A stretch of DNA of 27,770 nucleotides, taken from Candidatus Xenobia bacterium. GTDB lineage: Bacteria; Vulcanimicrobiota; Xenobia; Xenobiales; QWHO01. The stretch lies in the NCBI GenBank assembly GCA_045863235.1, contig BTUM01000099.1:1-27770 (forward strand), given 5' to 3'. Shown here one piece after another: positions 14,339 to 24,034 of the stretch. The stretch's first letter is position 1, and every line of letters starts with the position of its first letter. The notes beneath the pieces are model-generated. The model was not told the origin of the DNA, searched no databases, and saw nothing but the letters and a program-made list of their open reading frames with translations. The translations under genes and the position numbers were made by a program.

Positions 14339-15193
14339 ATGATCTGGATCCTGCTTCCGGCCTATAACGAGGCCGACTCGCTGCCGCATCTGTTGCCCCG
14401 CATCCACGAGGCGTTCACTTCACGGGGTCGCGAGTATCGGCTGGTGGTGGTGAACGACGGGAGCGAGGACGCCACGGGCGAATTGCTGGCCGAGTACGCC
14501 CGCGAGTATCCTCTGGACGTGCTCACCCACCCCATCAACCGCGGGCTGGGGGAAACCGAGCGGGACGGGTTCGAGCACATCGCGACCCACTGCGCCGAGG
14601 ACGACCTGATCATGCGGATGGACTGCGACGACACGCACCATCCGAGCTACCTCTTCGACCTGGAAGAGAAGGTCAACCAGGGCTTCGACGTGGTCAACAC
14701 CTCGCGCTTTCAGCCGGGAGGGGGCCAGCAGGGGCTGGACGCCTACCGCACCTTCATCAGCCGCTGCGCCAACTGGTTCATGGGGGTGGTGTTCGCCATC
14801 CCGGGGCTGCGCGACTATTCCTGCGGCTATCGCTGCTACCGGGCCCGGGTGATCCAGGACGCCCTGAGAATCTTTGGCAACCACTTCATCCAGCTCAAGG
14901 GGCTGGGGTTCACCTCCACGCTGGAGATGATCGTGAAGCTGCACATGCTGGGCTGCCGGATGGCCGAGGTTCCGTTCGTGCTGCGCTACGACATGAAGCG
15001 CTCGCCGAGCAAGATGCTGGCCTCGCTGACCACGCTGGGCTATTTGATGATGGCCCTGCTCTACCTCTGGCCGTTCGATGGCTGGCGCTCGCAGTATCGC
15101 GGGCTCTCACGTCTTTATCGGCAAGAGCGCGACGAGGCGCTGCGTCGCTATCAGAAAACCAGGCTGCGGACCATCTCGCGAATCAGTCTCTGA
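14339..15193 (+). CDS. Glycosyltransferase family 2 (DPM1/polyprenol-phosphate GT-like)
   Basis: LLPAYNEA, VVVNDGSEDAT, NRGLG, MDCDDTH (DxD), SRF, DYSCGYRCY. Confidence 0.92.
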   Translation: MIWILLPAYNEADSLPHLLPRIHEAFTSRGREYRLVVVNDGSEDATGELLAEYAREYPLDVLTHPINRGLGETERDGFEHIATHCAEDDLIMRMDCDDTHHPSYLFDLEEKVNQGFDVVNTSRFQPGGGQQGLDAYRTFISRCANWFMGVVFAIPGLRDYSCGYRCYRARVIQDALRIFGNHFIQLKGLGFTSTLEMIVKLHMLGCRMAEVPFVLRYDMKRSPSKMLASLTTLGYLMMALLYLWPFDGWRSQYRGLSRLYRQERDEALRRYQKTRLRTISRISL

Positions 15194-15262
15194 GCCGGTT
15201 TTCGGAAGGAAAGTGCAGCGGCCTGGAGTATCAGGGGGAAATCTGAACGGGCAACGACTTTT

Positions 15263-17194
15263 ATGTGTGGTATCGGTGGTTTTATAAGCCTTCGCCGGGA
15301 GGGCATCCCCCGGCTGAAGGCCGCGCTGTGGACGGTCAATGAGCTGCAGCGCCATCGCGGGCCCGATGGGGCGGACATCTGGGCCCACGCCGACGAGCAC
15401 GTGGGGCTGGCCCACCGACGATTGAGCATCATCGACCTGGCCACCGGCTCGCAGCCCATGGTGGAGCCGAACGGGAACGTGCTGGTGCACAACGGGGAGA
15501 TCTACAACTACCTCGAGCTGCGCGAGGAGCTGGGAGTGAGCCGATTCCGCACCACCTCGGACACCGAGGTGATCCTGAAGGCCTACGAGACCTGGGGCCC
15601 CGACTGCGTAGCCCACCTCCGGGGGATGTTCGCCTTCGCGCTCTGGGACGAAAAGGAGCAGACCCTGTTCTGCGCCCGCGACCGGTTCGGGATCAAGCCG
15701 TTCTACTACGCGGTGGTGGACGGGCAGCTGATGTTCGCCTCCGAGGTGAAGGCGCTCTTGCCCTTCCTGCCCTCCATCGAGACCGACCCGGAGGGCTTCA
15801 AGGATTACCTCGCGTTCCAGTTCTGCCTGGGCGGCAAGACGCTCTTCAAAGGGGTGGAGGAGCTCTTGCCCGGTCACATGCTGATCGTGCGCGACGGACA
15901 GGTGACGGTGCGCCGCTACTGGGAGGTCTACTACGAGCTGGACTGGGACCACACCGCCCCCTACTTCGAACGGCGCATCCAGGAGCTTCTAGAGGACTCG
16001 GTCCGTTTCCACCTTAGAAGCGACGTGCCCCTGGGAGCCTACGTCAGCGGCGGGACGGACTCGAGCCTGGTGGCCAGCCTGGCCACCGAGCACCATCCGC
16101 AGGAGCTGATGGGCTTCACGGGGCGCTTCACCGAGGGGCCGGAATACGACGAGAGCGCCTACGCGCAAGCCCTGGCCCGGGCTCGCAACTTCCCGCTCCA
16201 CTGCGTGGACATCACCGCCCAGGACTTCATCGAGTCGATCCGCAAGGTGATCTACCACCTGGATTATCCGGTGGCCGGTCCGGGCTCGTTTCCCCAGTAC
16301 GTGGTCAGCGAGCTGGCCGCCAAACACCGCAAGGTGGTGCTGGGAGGACAGGGCGGGGACGAGGTGTTCGGAGGCTACACGCGCTACCTGATCGCCTATT
16401 TCGAGCAGTGCATCAAGGCGGCCATCGAGGGCACCTCCAAGAGCGGCAACTTCGTGGTGACCTACGAGTCCATCATCCCCAACCTGAGCACGCTGCGCCA
16501 GTACAAGCCGATGCTGCAAGAGTTCTGGCGCGAGGGGCTGTTCGAGTCGATGGATCGGCGCTACTTCCGCCTCATCAACCGGGCCAACGAGCTCAAGGAC
16601 GAGGTGCGCTGGGAGCACCTGACGGAGTACGAGCCGTTCGAGACGTTCAAGAGGATCTTCCACGGCAAGAACGTGGGGCGCGAGTCGTATTTCGACCAGA
16701 TGACGCACTTTGATTTCAAGACGCTGCTGCCGGCCCTCTTGCAGGTGGAGGACCGGGTCAGCATGGCCCACGGCCTGGAGAGCCGGGTTCCGCTTCTGGA
16801 CCACGCGCTGGTGGAACTGGCGGCCACGATCCCCTCCAACGTCAAGTTCTCCGACGGGCACCTCAAGCACGTGCTCAAGAACGCGGCCGAAAAGTGGCTG
16901 ATCCCGGAGATCTCCCAGCGCAAAGACAAGATGGGCTTCCCCACCCCGCTCATCGAGTGGGCCCGGGGCCCGGCTCGCGACTTCGTGGTGGACGTGTTCT
17001 CCACGTCCCGGGCCCAGAATCGCGACCTGGTCGACAATCGCAAAGTTCTGCAGAACCTGGATCGAGAGCCCCGGTTCGGGCGTAAGCTCTGGGGCCTTCT
17101 GTGCCTGGAGCTGTGGCAGCAAGAATTCCACGACCGCGCGGCGGAGCTGCGCGCGTTTCGTAGCAGTGAGAAAGTAGAGGTAAAGTCAGCATGA
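15263..17194 (+). CDS. asnB: Asparagine synthase-like glutamine amidotransferase (probable uronic-acid amidase of the WbmI/WbpS type)
   Basis: N-terminal MCGI, HRGPD, HRRLSIID, NGEIYNY, RDRFGIKP, SGGTDSS, GQGGDEVFGGY, ESRVPLLD, KMGF. Confidence 0.93.
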   Translation: MCGIGGFISLRREGIPRLKAALWTVNELQRHRGPDGADIWAHADEHVGLAHRRLSIIDLATGSQPMVEPNGNVLVHNGEIYNYLELREELGVSRFRTTSDTEVILKAYETWGPDCVAHLRGMFAFALWDEKEQTLFCARDRFGIKPFYYAVVDGQLMFASEVKALLPFLPSIETDPEGFKDYLAFQFCLGGKTLFKGVEELLPGHMLIVRDGQVTVRRYWEVYYELDWDHTAPYFERRIQELLEDSVRFHLRSDVPLGAYVSGGTDSSLVASLATEHHPQELMGFTGRFTEGPEYDESAYAQALARARNFPLHCVDITAQDFIESIRKVIYHLDYPVAGPGSFPQYVVSELAAKHRKVVLGGQGGDEVFGGYTRYLIAYFEQCIKAAIEGTSKSGNFVVTYESIIPNLSTLRQYKPMLQEFWREGLFESMDRRYFRLINRANELKDEVRWEHLTEYEPFETFKRIFHGKNVGRESYFDQMTHFDFKTLLPALLQVEDRVSMAHGLESRVPLLDHALVELAATIPSNVKFSDGHLKHVLKNAAEKWLIPEISQRKDKMGFPTPLIEWARGPARDFVVDVFSTSRAQNRDLVDNRKVLQNLDREPRFGRKLWGLLCLELWQQEFHDRAAELRAFRSSEKVEVKSA

Positions 17195-18132
17195 AAGTGC
17201 TTATCACGGGCGGAGCCGGCTTCATCGGCTCGCATTTGACGGACAATCTTCTGGCGCGCAAGGACGAGGTCATGGTGGTGGACAACTACGCCACCGGCCG
17301 GCGCGATAACCTCAAGCCCCAGGCGGGGCTGGAGATCTGCGAGGGGACCATCGCCGACGGCGAGTGGCTCGAGGGACTGTTCGCCCGCTTTCAGCCGGAC
17401 GTGGTGGTGCACGCGGCGGCGGCCTACAAGAACCCGGACGACTGGGTGGAGGATGTGCAGACCAACGCGCTGGGCACGGTCAATGTGCTCAAGAGCAGCC
17501 TCAAGCACAGCGTGAAGCGGGTGGTCTATTTCCAGACGGCCCTGTGCTACGGCATCCACCCCCGCGAGCAACCGATCACGCTGGCCCATCCCCAGTTCCC
17601 CACCGACTCGAGCTACGCCGCGAGCAAGACGGCGGGCGAGAACTATCTGGTGCTGTCGGGTCTGAATTTCGTCTCGTTCCGCCTGGCCAACGTCTACGGG
17701 CCGCGCAACATCAGCGGGCCGCTGCCCACCTTCTACAGCCGCCTGAGCGACAACAAACCCTGCTTCGTGATGGACACGCGGCGCGACTTCCTCTTCATCG
17801 ACGACCTGGTGGCCGTGGTGATGAAGGCGATCGACGGGATGGGCAAAGGGATCTACCACGTCTCCTCGGGCGGAGACATCTCCATTCAGGAGATGTTCGA
17901 CGCCACCACCGAGGCCATGGGGATCAAGCTGGACAAGCCGGTGGAAGTGCGCCCGCGCGGCGCTGACGACGCTCCCACGATCTTGCTCGACCCCACCCGC
18001 ACCAACCAGGACTTCAGCTGGAAGACGGTGGTGGCGCTCAAGGACGGAGTTCGTAAAGCGGTGAAGTATTACCAGGAGCACGGCGTGGCCGAGACCTACA
18101 CGCACCTTCGCCCGCTGGAGCCCGTGAAGTGA
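17191..18132 (+). CDS. NAD-dependent epimerase/dehydratase (SDR), Bordetella WbmG/WbmH-like
   Basis: GGAGFIG, HAAAAYKNPDDW, YFQTALCYG, SSYAASK, RLANVYGPRNISGPLP, DDAPTILLDP. These motifs are recalled from WbmG/WbmH. Confidence 0.88.
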   Translation: MKVLITGGAGFIGSHLTDNLLARKDEVMVVDNYATGRRDNLKPQAGLEICEGTIADGEWLEGLFARFQPDVVVHAAAAYKNPDDWVEDVQTNALGTVNVLKSSLKHSVKRVVYFQTALCYGIHPREQPITLAHPQFPTDSSYAASKTAGENYLVLSGLNFVSFRLANVYGPRNISGPLPTFYSRLSDNKPCFVMDTRRDFLFIDDLVAVVMKAIDGMGKGIYHVSSGGDISIQEMFDATTEAMGIKLDKPVEVRPRGADDAPTILLDPTRTNQDFSWKTVVALKDGVRKAVKYYQEHGVAETYTHLRPLEPVK

Positions 18133-19178
18133 AGGGCTGCTCGATCCTCGTCACCGGGGGGGCCGGGTTCGTAGGAAGTAACCTGGTGCGCCGGCTGCTC
18201 GACGAGGGCTGCGCGCGGGTGGAGGTGGTGGACAACCTGCTTTCCTCCGAGCGCGAGAACCTGCCCGCCGACGACCGGGTCTACTTCATCGAAGGCTCGA
18301 TCGCCGACGACGCGGTGCTCTCTCGCCTGGAGGACCAGTACGACTTCATCTTCCACCTGAGCACCTACCACGGCAACCAGAGCTCGATGCACGACCCGCT
18401 GGCCGACCACGAGAACAACCTGCTGACGACCCTGAAGCTGTGCGAGCGGGTCAAGGAGTTTCGCCGGCTGAAGAAGCTGGTCTACTCGGGGGCAGGCTGC
18501 GCGGTGGCCGAGAAGACGTACGCCGACGCCCAGGCGACCACCGAGGAGGCACCGGTCTCGCTCAGCATGGACTCGCCCTACTCGATCTCCAAGCTGGTGG
18601 GGGAGATGTACGCCCTGTACTACTTCAACCGCCACGGACTGCCCACGGTGCGGGCACGCTTTCAGAACGTCTACGGGCCGGGCGAGGTGCTCGGCGCGGG
18701 ACAGTGGCGGGGCACGCCGGCCACGGTGTGGCGCAACGTGACGCCCACGTTCGTGTACAAGGCGCTGCACGGTGAGGCGCTGCCGGTGGAGGGGAGCGGA
18801 GAGGCCACGCGCGACTTCATCTTCGTGGAGGATATCGTGCAGGGGCTGATCTGCTGCGCGCTGCGCGGCACGCCAGGAGAGGTCTACAACCTGGCCACGG
18901 GCGAGGAGATCAGCATCCGACGCCTGGCCGAGACGATCAATCGCTTTGCGAACAACAGCACCCCCCTCGAGTTCCGCCCCCAGCGCGACTGGGACCGCTC
19001 GGGCAAACGCTTCGGCAGCACCGAGAAGGCGCGCCGCGAGCTGGGCTTCGAGGCCCGGGTGGGCCTGGACGAAGGACTGGAGAGGACGGTCGAATGGACA
19101 CGCAAGAATCTGTCCAGAATCAAGAGCGCGATGCACAAGCACGCCGACCGCATGAAGGAGCTGCATCTGGGCGTCTGA
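18129..19178 (+). CDS. wbmF: NAD-dependent epimerase (SDR), Bordetella WbmF-like
   Basis: TYHGNQSS.HDPLADHENN, DSPYSISK, RARFQNVYGPGE.LGAG.WRGTPATVWRNVTPTF, WD.SGKRFGS.EKARRELGF. These are strongly recalled from WbmF. GTGA overlap with the previous gene. Confidence 0.85.
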   Translation: MKGCSILVTGGAGFVGSNLVRRLLDEGCARVEVVDNLLSSERENLPADDRVYFIEGSIADDAVLSRLEDQYDFIFHLSTYHGNQSSMHDPLADHENNLLTTLKLCERVKEFRRLKKLVYSGAGCAVAEKTYADAQATTEEAPVSLSMDSPYSISKLVGEMYALYYFNRHGLPTVRARFQNVYGPGEVLGAGQWRGTPATVWRNVTPTFVYKALHGEALPVEGSGEATRDFIFVEDIVQGLICCALRGTPGEVYNLATGEEISIRRLAETINRFANNSTPLEFRPQRDWDRSGKRFGSTEKARRELGFEARVGLDEGLERTVEWTRKNLSRIKSAMHKHADRMKELHLGV

Positions 19179-20416
19179 TCCGCCTGACCCTGCTGAGCGA
19201 GTGGTTCGATCCCGAGCCGGGCTGCAACCACGGGCTGCCGCTGGCCAAATGGCTGAGCAACCACGGCTACGAAGTGCAGGTGCTGACGGGCATCCCCAAC
19301 TACCCGGGAGGCAAGTTCTACCCGGGCTACAAGGTGAAGCCCTGGCAGTGGGAGCGGATGGACGGGGTGCCGGTTCTGCGCGTGCCGCTCCTGCCGAGCC
19401 ACGACAGCTCGGCGGGCAAGCGCATGGTGACCTACGGCAGCTTCGCCGTGGCGGCCACCATGGCGCTGCCCTTGCTCAAGAAGGCGGACGTGGCCTACGT
19501 GTATCACCCGCCGCCCACCATCGGGCTGCCCGGGCTGGCACTGCACCTGCTGGGCCGGATGCCCTACCTGTATCACATCGCGGACGTGTGGCCGGACACG
19601 GTGACGGATTCGGGGATGATCCGCAACAAGCTCCTGGGCTCGGTGGTGGAGTCGGTTCTGCACAAGTGGTGCAATCTGCTCTACCGGCGGGCCTCGCACA
19701 TCACGGTGCTGAGCAAGGGGGTGAAGAAACTCCTGGAAGGGCGAGGGGTTCCACCCTCCAAGGTGCACGCGATCTACGACTGGACCAACGAGGAGGTCTT
19801 CTCGCCACTGCCCCGCGATGAGGCGTTCGCGGAAAGCGTGGGGCTCAAGGACACGGTGAACTTCCTCTACGCCGGCAACATGGGGCCGATGCAGGCGCTG
19901 GACAGCCTGATCAAGGCGGCGGCGCGGCTCAAGGACCTGCCCAACTTCCGGCTGGTGCTGGCCGGGCTCGGGCCCAAGGAAGAGGAGCTGAAAGCGCTGG
20001 CGGGGTCGCTGGAGGCCTCCAACGTGGTCTTCCTGGGGCGGCGGCAGTTCTGGGAGATGCCGAAGGTTTACAGCATCGGCGACGTGCTCTTGATCCACCT
20101 CAAGGACATCCCGTTCTACGTGACGGCCATCCCCAGCAAGACCCAGGTCTGCATGGCCGTGGGACGACCGATCTTGATGGGCATCCGGGGGGACGCAAGC
20201 GACGTGATCTCCGAGTCGGGCGCGGGGCTCTGCTGTGAGCCGGAGAACGTGGAGCAACTGGCGGCCACGATGCGCACGTTCTACGAGATGGAGCCCTCGG
20301 TGCGAGCGGAGATGGGGGCGCGAGGGCACAAGTTCTACCACGACCACATGTCGCTGGAGGCGGGGGGCACGAAGGTGGACCGGTTGCTGCGGTCCATGGT
20401 GGCTCTGAAACGGTGA
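19094..20416 (+). CDS. Glycosyltransferase family 4 (WbuB-like)
   Basis: SEWFDPEP, LTGIPNYPGG, YHPP, DVWPD, YAGNMG, IPSK, GRPI. Start is ambiguous: ATG 19094 or CTG 19175. Confidence 0.92.
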   Translation: MDTQESVQNQERDAQARRPHEGAASGRLIRLTLLSEWFDPEPGCNHGLPLAKWLSNHGYEVQVLTGIPNYPGGKFYPGYKVKPWQWERMDGVPVLRVPLLPSHDSSAGKRMVTYGSFAVAATMALPLLKKADVAYVYHPPPTIGLPGLALHLLGRMPYLYHIADVWPDTVTDSGMIRNKLLGSVVESVLHKWCNLLYRRASHITVLSKGVKKLLEGRGVPPSKVHAIYDWTNEEVFSPLPRDEAFAESVGLKDTVNFLYAGNMGPMQALDSLIKAAARLKDLPNFRLVLAGLGPKEEELKALAGSLEASNVVFLGRRQFWEMPKVYSIGDVLLIHLKDIPFYVTAIPSKTQVCMAVGRPILMGIRGDASDVISESGAGLCCEPENVEQLAATMRTFYEMEPSVRAEMGARGHKFYHDHMSLEAGGTKVDRLLRSMVALKR

Positions 20417-21648
20417 GAATTCTCTTTTTCAAGAATATCTACGAGCAGTACTGGCGGTCTTTATACAAGAAGCTGCCAGGGCTGGAGCAGCGCTCGTTCG
20501 CAGAGCAGTGGGCGAGCTTCGTGCACGACTCGTTTTTCTACGCGGGGTTGATGCAGCGCGACCTGGGACAGCTGGGCTGGGAAGTGATGGAGTCGTGGAC
20601 GAATGTGCGCCCGCTGCAGGAAGCCTGGGCCCGCGAGAACGATGTGGCGGTAGGGCCGGGATGGCTCAAGGAGATCCCCTGGGCTCAGCTCAAGAAGTTT
20701 GCGCCGGACGTGATCTACTCGATGGACGGGCGCAATATCGACGCGGCGTTCCTGCAGCGAGTGCGGGCCGAGATCCCCTCGGTGAAGGTGATCACGGGGT
20801 TCATCGGGGCGCCGACGTACGACATCGACACGTTCAAGGAGTATGACCTGCTCTACACCTGCGTGCACGCCTGGGTGCCGCACTTCGAGTCGCACGGGAT
20901 TCGCTGTATGTACGAACCGCACGTGTACATGGACTCGGTGCTCGACCGGCTCGACCGCACAGCGCCCAAGGACATCGACCTGCTCTTCTCGGGCGGGCTC
21001 TACCGGCGCGGGGACTGTCACCTGGAGCGAGAGCAGCTGCTGGAGTCGCTTTTGGACTTCCCGGGGCTGCACATCTACTCGGCCCAGGGGGACATCAGCT
21101 GGCGGGCGGATTTCACGGATACGACGCTGCGCCGGATCGCTTACGTGATCCAGCAGCTGCTTGCCAGACTGGGGGTGCCGGAATCGCGCCGGCGCAAGCT
21201 GCCGGTGATCGGACGGGCTTCGAGCTGGACGGAGATGCCGATGAGCCAGATCAACTGGAAGCTGAAGCCGCACATCAAGCCCCCGGCCTTCGGGCTGGAC
21301 ATGTACCGGCTGCTGAACCGGGCCAAGGTGACGCTGAACATGCACGCCCAGGTGGCCGGGGAAGAAGCGGCCAACATGCGCATCTTCGAGGTGATCGGGA
21401 CGGGCAGCTGTCTGTTGACGGACTACAAGCCGAACCTGTCGGACTTCTTCGAGCTGGACCGCGAAGTGGTGGCCTATCGCTCGGTGGCCGAGTGCCGCGA
21501 GAAGGCGCGCTGGCTGCTCGATCACCCGGCCGAGCGAGAGGCGATCGCGCGGGCGGGGCAAGAACGAGTGCTGCGCGAGTACAACCACATGACCCGGGCG
21601 GTGCGCCTGGATGGGCAACTGCGCCAGGTGGCGGCATGTGCGGAATAG
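20413..21648 (+). CDS. CgeB-like glycosyltransferase (Glyco_trans_1_2)
   Basis: C-terminal FGLDMY...AKVTLNMH...ANMRIFEVIGTGSCLLTD...EREAIARAGQERVL. GTGA overlap. Confidence 0.88.
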   Translation: MRILFFKNIYEQYWRSLYKKLPGLEQRSFAEQWASFVHDSFFYAGLMQRDLGQLGWEVMESWTNVRPLQEAWARENDVAVGPGWLKEIPWAQLKKFAPDVIYSMDGRNIDAAFLQRVRAEIPSVKVITGFIGAPTYDIDTFKEYDLLYTCVHAWVPHFESHGIRCMYEPHVYMDSVLDRLDRTAPKDIDLLFSGGLYRRGDCHLEREQLLESLLDFPGLHIYSAQGDISWRADFTDTTLRRIAYVIQQLLARLGVPESRRRKLPVIGRASSWTEMPMSQINWKLKPHIKPPAFGLDMYRLLNRAKVTLNMHAQVAGEEAANMRIFEVIGTGSCLLTDYKPNLSDFFELDREVVAYRSVAECREKARWLLDHPAEREAIARAGQERVLREYNHMTRAVRLDGQLRQVAACAE

Positions 21649-23537
21649 GTGGGCTGATCCGCCGCTCGGCGGGACCGGTCTCGGCGGATTTGCAGCGCAT
21701 GGGACAACTGATGGTGCACCGCGGTCCGGACGACTACGGGTTCTTGCTCTGGAGCCCGGGCGAGAGCGCCTGGAAAGGGCGCGAGCTGCCCCCCCGGGAG
21801 GCCACGGTGGGGTTCGTGCACCGGCGGCTGAGCATCCTGGACCTGACGGTGGGAGGCTGGCAGCCGCAGTCGACTGAGGACGGGCGCTACCACATCGTCT
21901 ACAACGGAGAGATCTATAACTTCCTGGAGCTGAAGGCGGAGCTGGACTACCCGTTCAAATCGACCTCGGACACGGAGGTCTTGCTGGCCGCGCTGGCCAC
22001 CCGGGGGCCGTCAGTGCTCTCTCGGCTGGTGGGCATGTTCGCCTTCGTGCTGCTGGACACGGTGGAGAACACGCTCTTGATGGCCCGCGATCCGTTCGGG
22101 ATCAAGCCGCTCTACTACACACAGTACCGCGACGGGCTGGCCTTCGCCTCGGAGATCAAGGCGCTCTTGGAACTGCCAGGGGTATCGCGGGAGCTGGATC
22201 CGAAGGGACTCTATGACTACCTGCGTTTCGGGCTGACGGACCACGCGGAGACGACAATGCTGGCAGGGGTGCGCCAGTTGCCACCGGGGAGCTTCGCGCG
22301 CGTGTCCCTGTCAGACCTCAGGCCGCAGATCAGCCGCTACTGGGAGCCGCGCAGCGCGCCCCAGGACCTGGGCTACGAAGAAAGCAAGGCGCGGCTGCGC
22401 GACCTGTTCGAAGAGAGCATCAAGCTGCACCTGCGCGCGGACGTGCCGGTTGGGGTGGCACTGTCGGGCGGGATCGACTCGAGCTCGTCCACGATGATGG
22501 TGCGCCACCTGCATCCGCAGGGCGAACTGCACACGTTCTCGTTCGTGGCCGAGAACTCGCCCCTGAGCGAGGAGAAGTGGAGCAACCTGGTGGCCAGGGC
22601 CTCCGGCAGCACGGTGCATACGATCAGGCCAGGTCCCGGCGATCTGGCCGAGGCGATGGAAAGCCTGGTGCGAGCCCAGGACATCCCCTTCGGCAGCACG
22701 AGCATTTTCGCGAGCTACATGCTGATGAAGCTGGTCCAGAAGACGGGGATCAAGGTGCTGATCAGCGGCCAGGGAGCGGATGAGCTGCTGGGGGGCTACG
22801 ACCTGTTCCGGGGAGCCTTGATGGCCTCGCTGCTGCGCTCGGGGCGCCTGCGGGAGGCATTCAAGCTGCTGGTCAGCATGTGCCGTCGGCCCGACTGGAA
22901 GGCCCACATGGCACACGCTGCCGCCTTTCTGGTCCCGCCAGCGTTCCACGGACCGCTGCGACGGCTGGCGGGCCGCGAACTGATGCCGGACTGGCTGGAT
23001 GCAGCCTGGTTTGCGGAACGAGGGGTGTTCCCGCAGAGCCCACTGCACTACTCGGGCAAGCGGGTGCTCACGCAAGAGCTGATGCACAGCCTGACCTACT
23101 CCAGCCTGCCGATGCTGCTGCGCTACGAGGACCGCAACAGCATGGCCCACTCGGTGGAGAGCAGGGTGCCGTTTCTGACACCGCAGCTGGCAGAGTTCAT
23201 CTACTCGCTGCCAGAGACGTACATCATCTCGCTGCGCGGGACGACCAAGGCGATCTTCCGAGATGCGATGCGCGGACTGGTGCCCGACCCGATCCTGGAC
23301 CGCCAGGACAAGATCGGCTTTGCGACGCCGGAGAAGGAATGGCTCTCGGAGCTCAAGCCGCTGGTCGGGTCGGTGCTGGGCTCTTCGGTGCTGTCCGAGA
23401 TGGGCGCGCTGAGGGTGGGACAGGTGCGCTCGCGTTGCGAGAAGGTGCTGGCCGGACGACTCCGCTTCGATTTCACGACCTGGCGACTGGTGAACTTCAC
23501 GCGCTGGGCTGAGCAGGTAGGAGCACGGGTGTCATGA
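21636..23537 (+). CDS. asnB: Second asparagine synthase-like glutamine amidotransferase
   Basis: True start MCGIGG at 21636 (catalytic Cys2). HRGPDD, HRRLSILD, SGGIDSS, GQGADELLGGY, LRYEDRNSMAHSVESRVPF. Confidence 0.93.
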   Translation: MCGIGGLIRRSAGPVSADLQRMGQLMVHRGPDDYGFLLWSPGESAWKGRELPPREATVGFVHRRLSILDLTVGGWQPQSTEDGRYHIVYNGEIYNFLELKAELDYPFKSTSDTEVLLAALATRGPSVLSRLVGMFAFVLLDTVENTLLMARDPFGIKPLYYTQYRDGLAFASEIKALLELPGVSRELDPKGLYDYLRFGLTDHAETTMLAGVRQLPPGSFARVSLSDLRPQISRYWEPRSAPQDLGYEESKARLRDLFEESIKLHLRADVPVGVALSGGIDSSSSTMMVRHLHPQGELHTFSFVAENSPLSEEKWSNLVARASGSTVHTIRPGPGDLAEAMESLVRAQDIPFGSTSIFASYMLMKLVQKTGIKVLISGQGADELLGGYDLFRGALMASLLRSGRLREAFKLLVSMCRRPDWKAHMAHAAAFLVPPAFHGPLRRLAGRELMPDWLDAAWFAERGVFPQSPLHYSGKRVLTQELMHSLTYSSLPMLLRYEDRNSMAHSVESRVPFLTPQLAEFIYSLPETYIISLRGTTKAIFRDAMRGLVPDPILDRQDKIGFATPEKEWLSELKPLVGSVLGSSVLSEMGALRVGQVRSRCEKVLAGRLRFDFTTWRLVNFTRWAEQVGARVS

Positions 23538-24034
23538 AAACGTGCCTTGTGTTCCGCCATCAGGGTCCAGCGCCTCCGGCGCCGCCAGTCTCTGGACGGT
23601 TCTGGCAGCCGGGATGGCTCCGCTTTCGGCCGCCGGGACAGTCGCTGGGGGTGGCCCTGGTCTGGTGGTTGTTCGACCGACTGGGAGTGTTCTCGGGGCG
23701 CGAGTACGGGGTGATGGTGCTGGAGCAAGATGGACGCTTCGTGCACCGGTCATCGGTGTTTCCGGCCTTCTTCCGGTTTGCCTTCGTGCGCCGGGGCGAG
23801 TTGCAGATCGGGGATACCTACACGGTGCCCTCGGCCCGCGGACAGGGGCTGGCGCTGATGGCTATCCAGGCTATCCTGGCACGCTTTCCGGGGCGGACGT
23901 TCTGGTATGTGACCGAGGAGGACAACGAGGCCTCCATCCGGGTGATCGAAAAGGCGGGCTTCTCCTGCGTGGGGACAGGGCGCAAGCGCGATCCCCTGAA
24001 GCTGAAAGTGACGGCGCGCTATGAGCTGGATTAG
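23534..24034 (+). CDS. GNAT family N-acetyltransferase
   Basis: TYTVPSARGQGLA (motif A) and NEASIRVIEKAGF (motif B). Confidence 0.88.
   Translation: MKTCLVFRHQGPAPPAPPVSGRFWQPGWLRFRPPGQSLGVALVWWLFDRLGVFSGREYGVMVLEQDGRFVHRSSVFPAFFRFAFVRRGELQIGDTYTVPSARGQGLALMAIQAILARFPGRTFWYVTEEDNEASIRVIEKAGFSCVGTGRKRDPLKLKVTARYELD

Noticed and set aside
15263..23537. The two asnB genes as a recent duplication or as asparagine biosynthesis genes
   Set aside because: They are clearly divergent outside the core motifs, and their operon context indicates glycan amidation.
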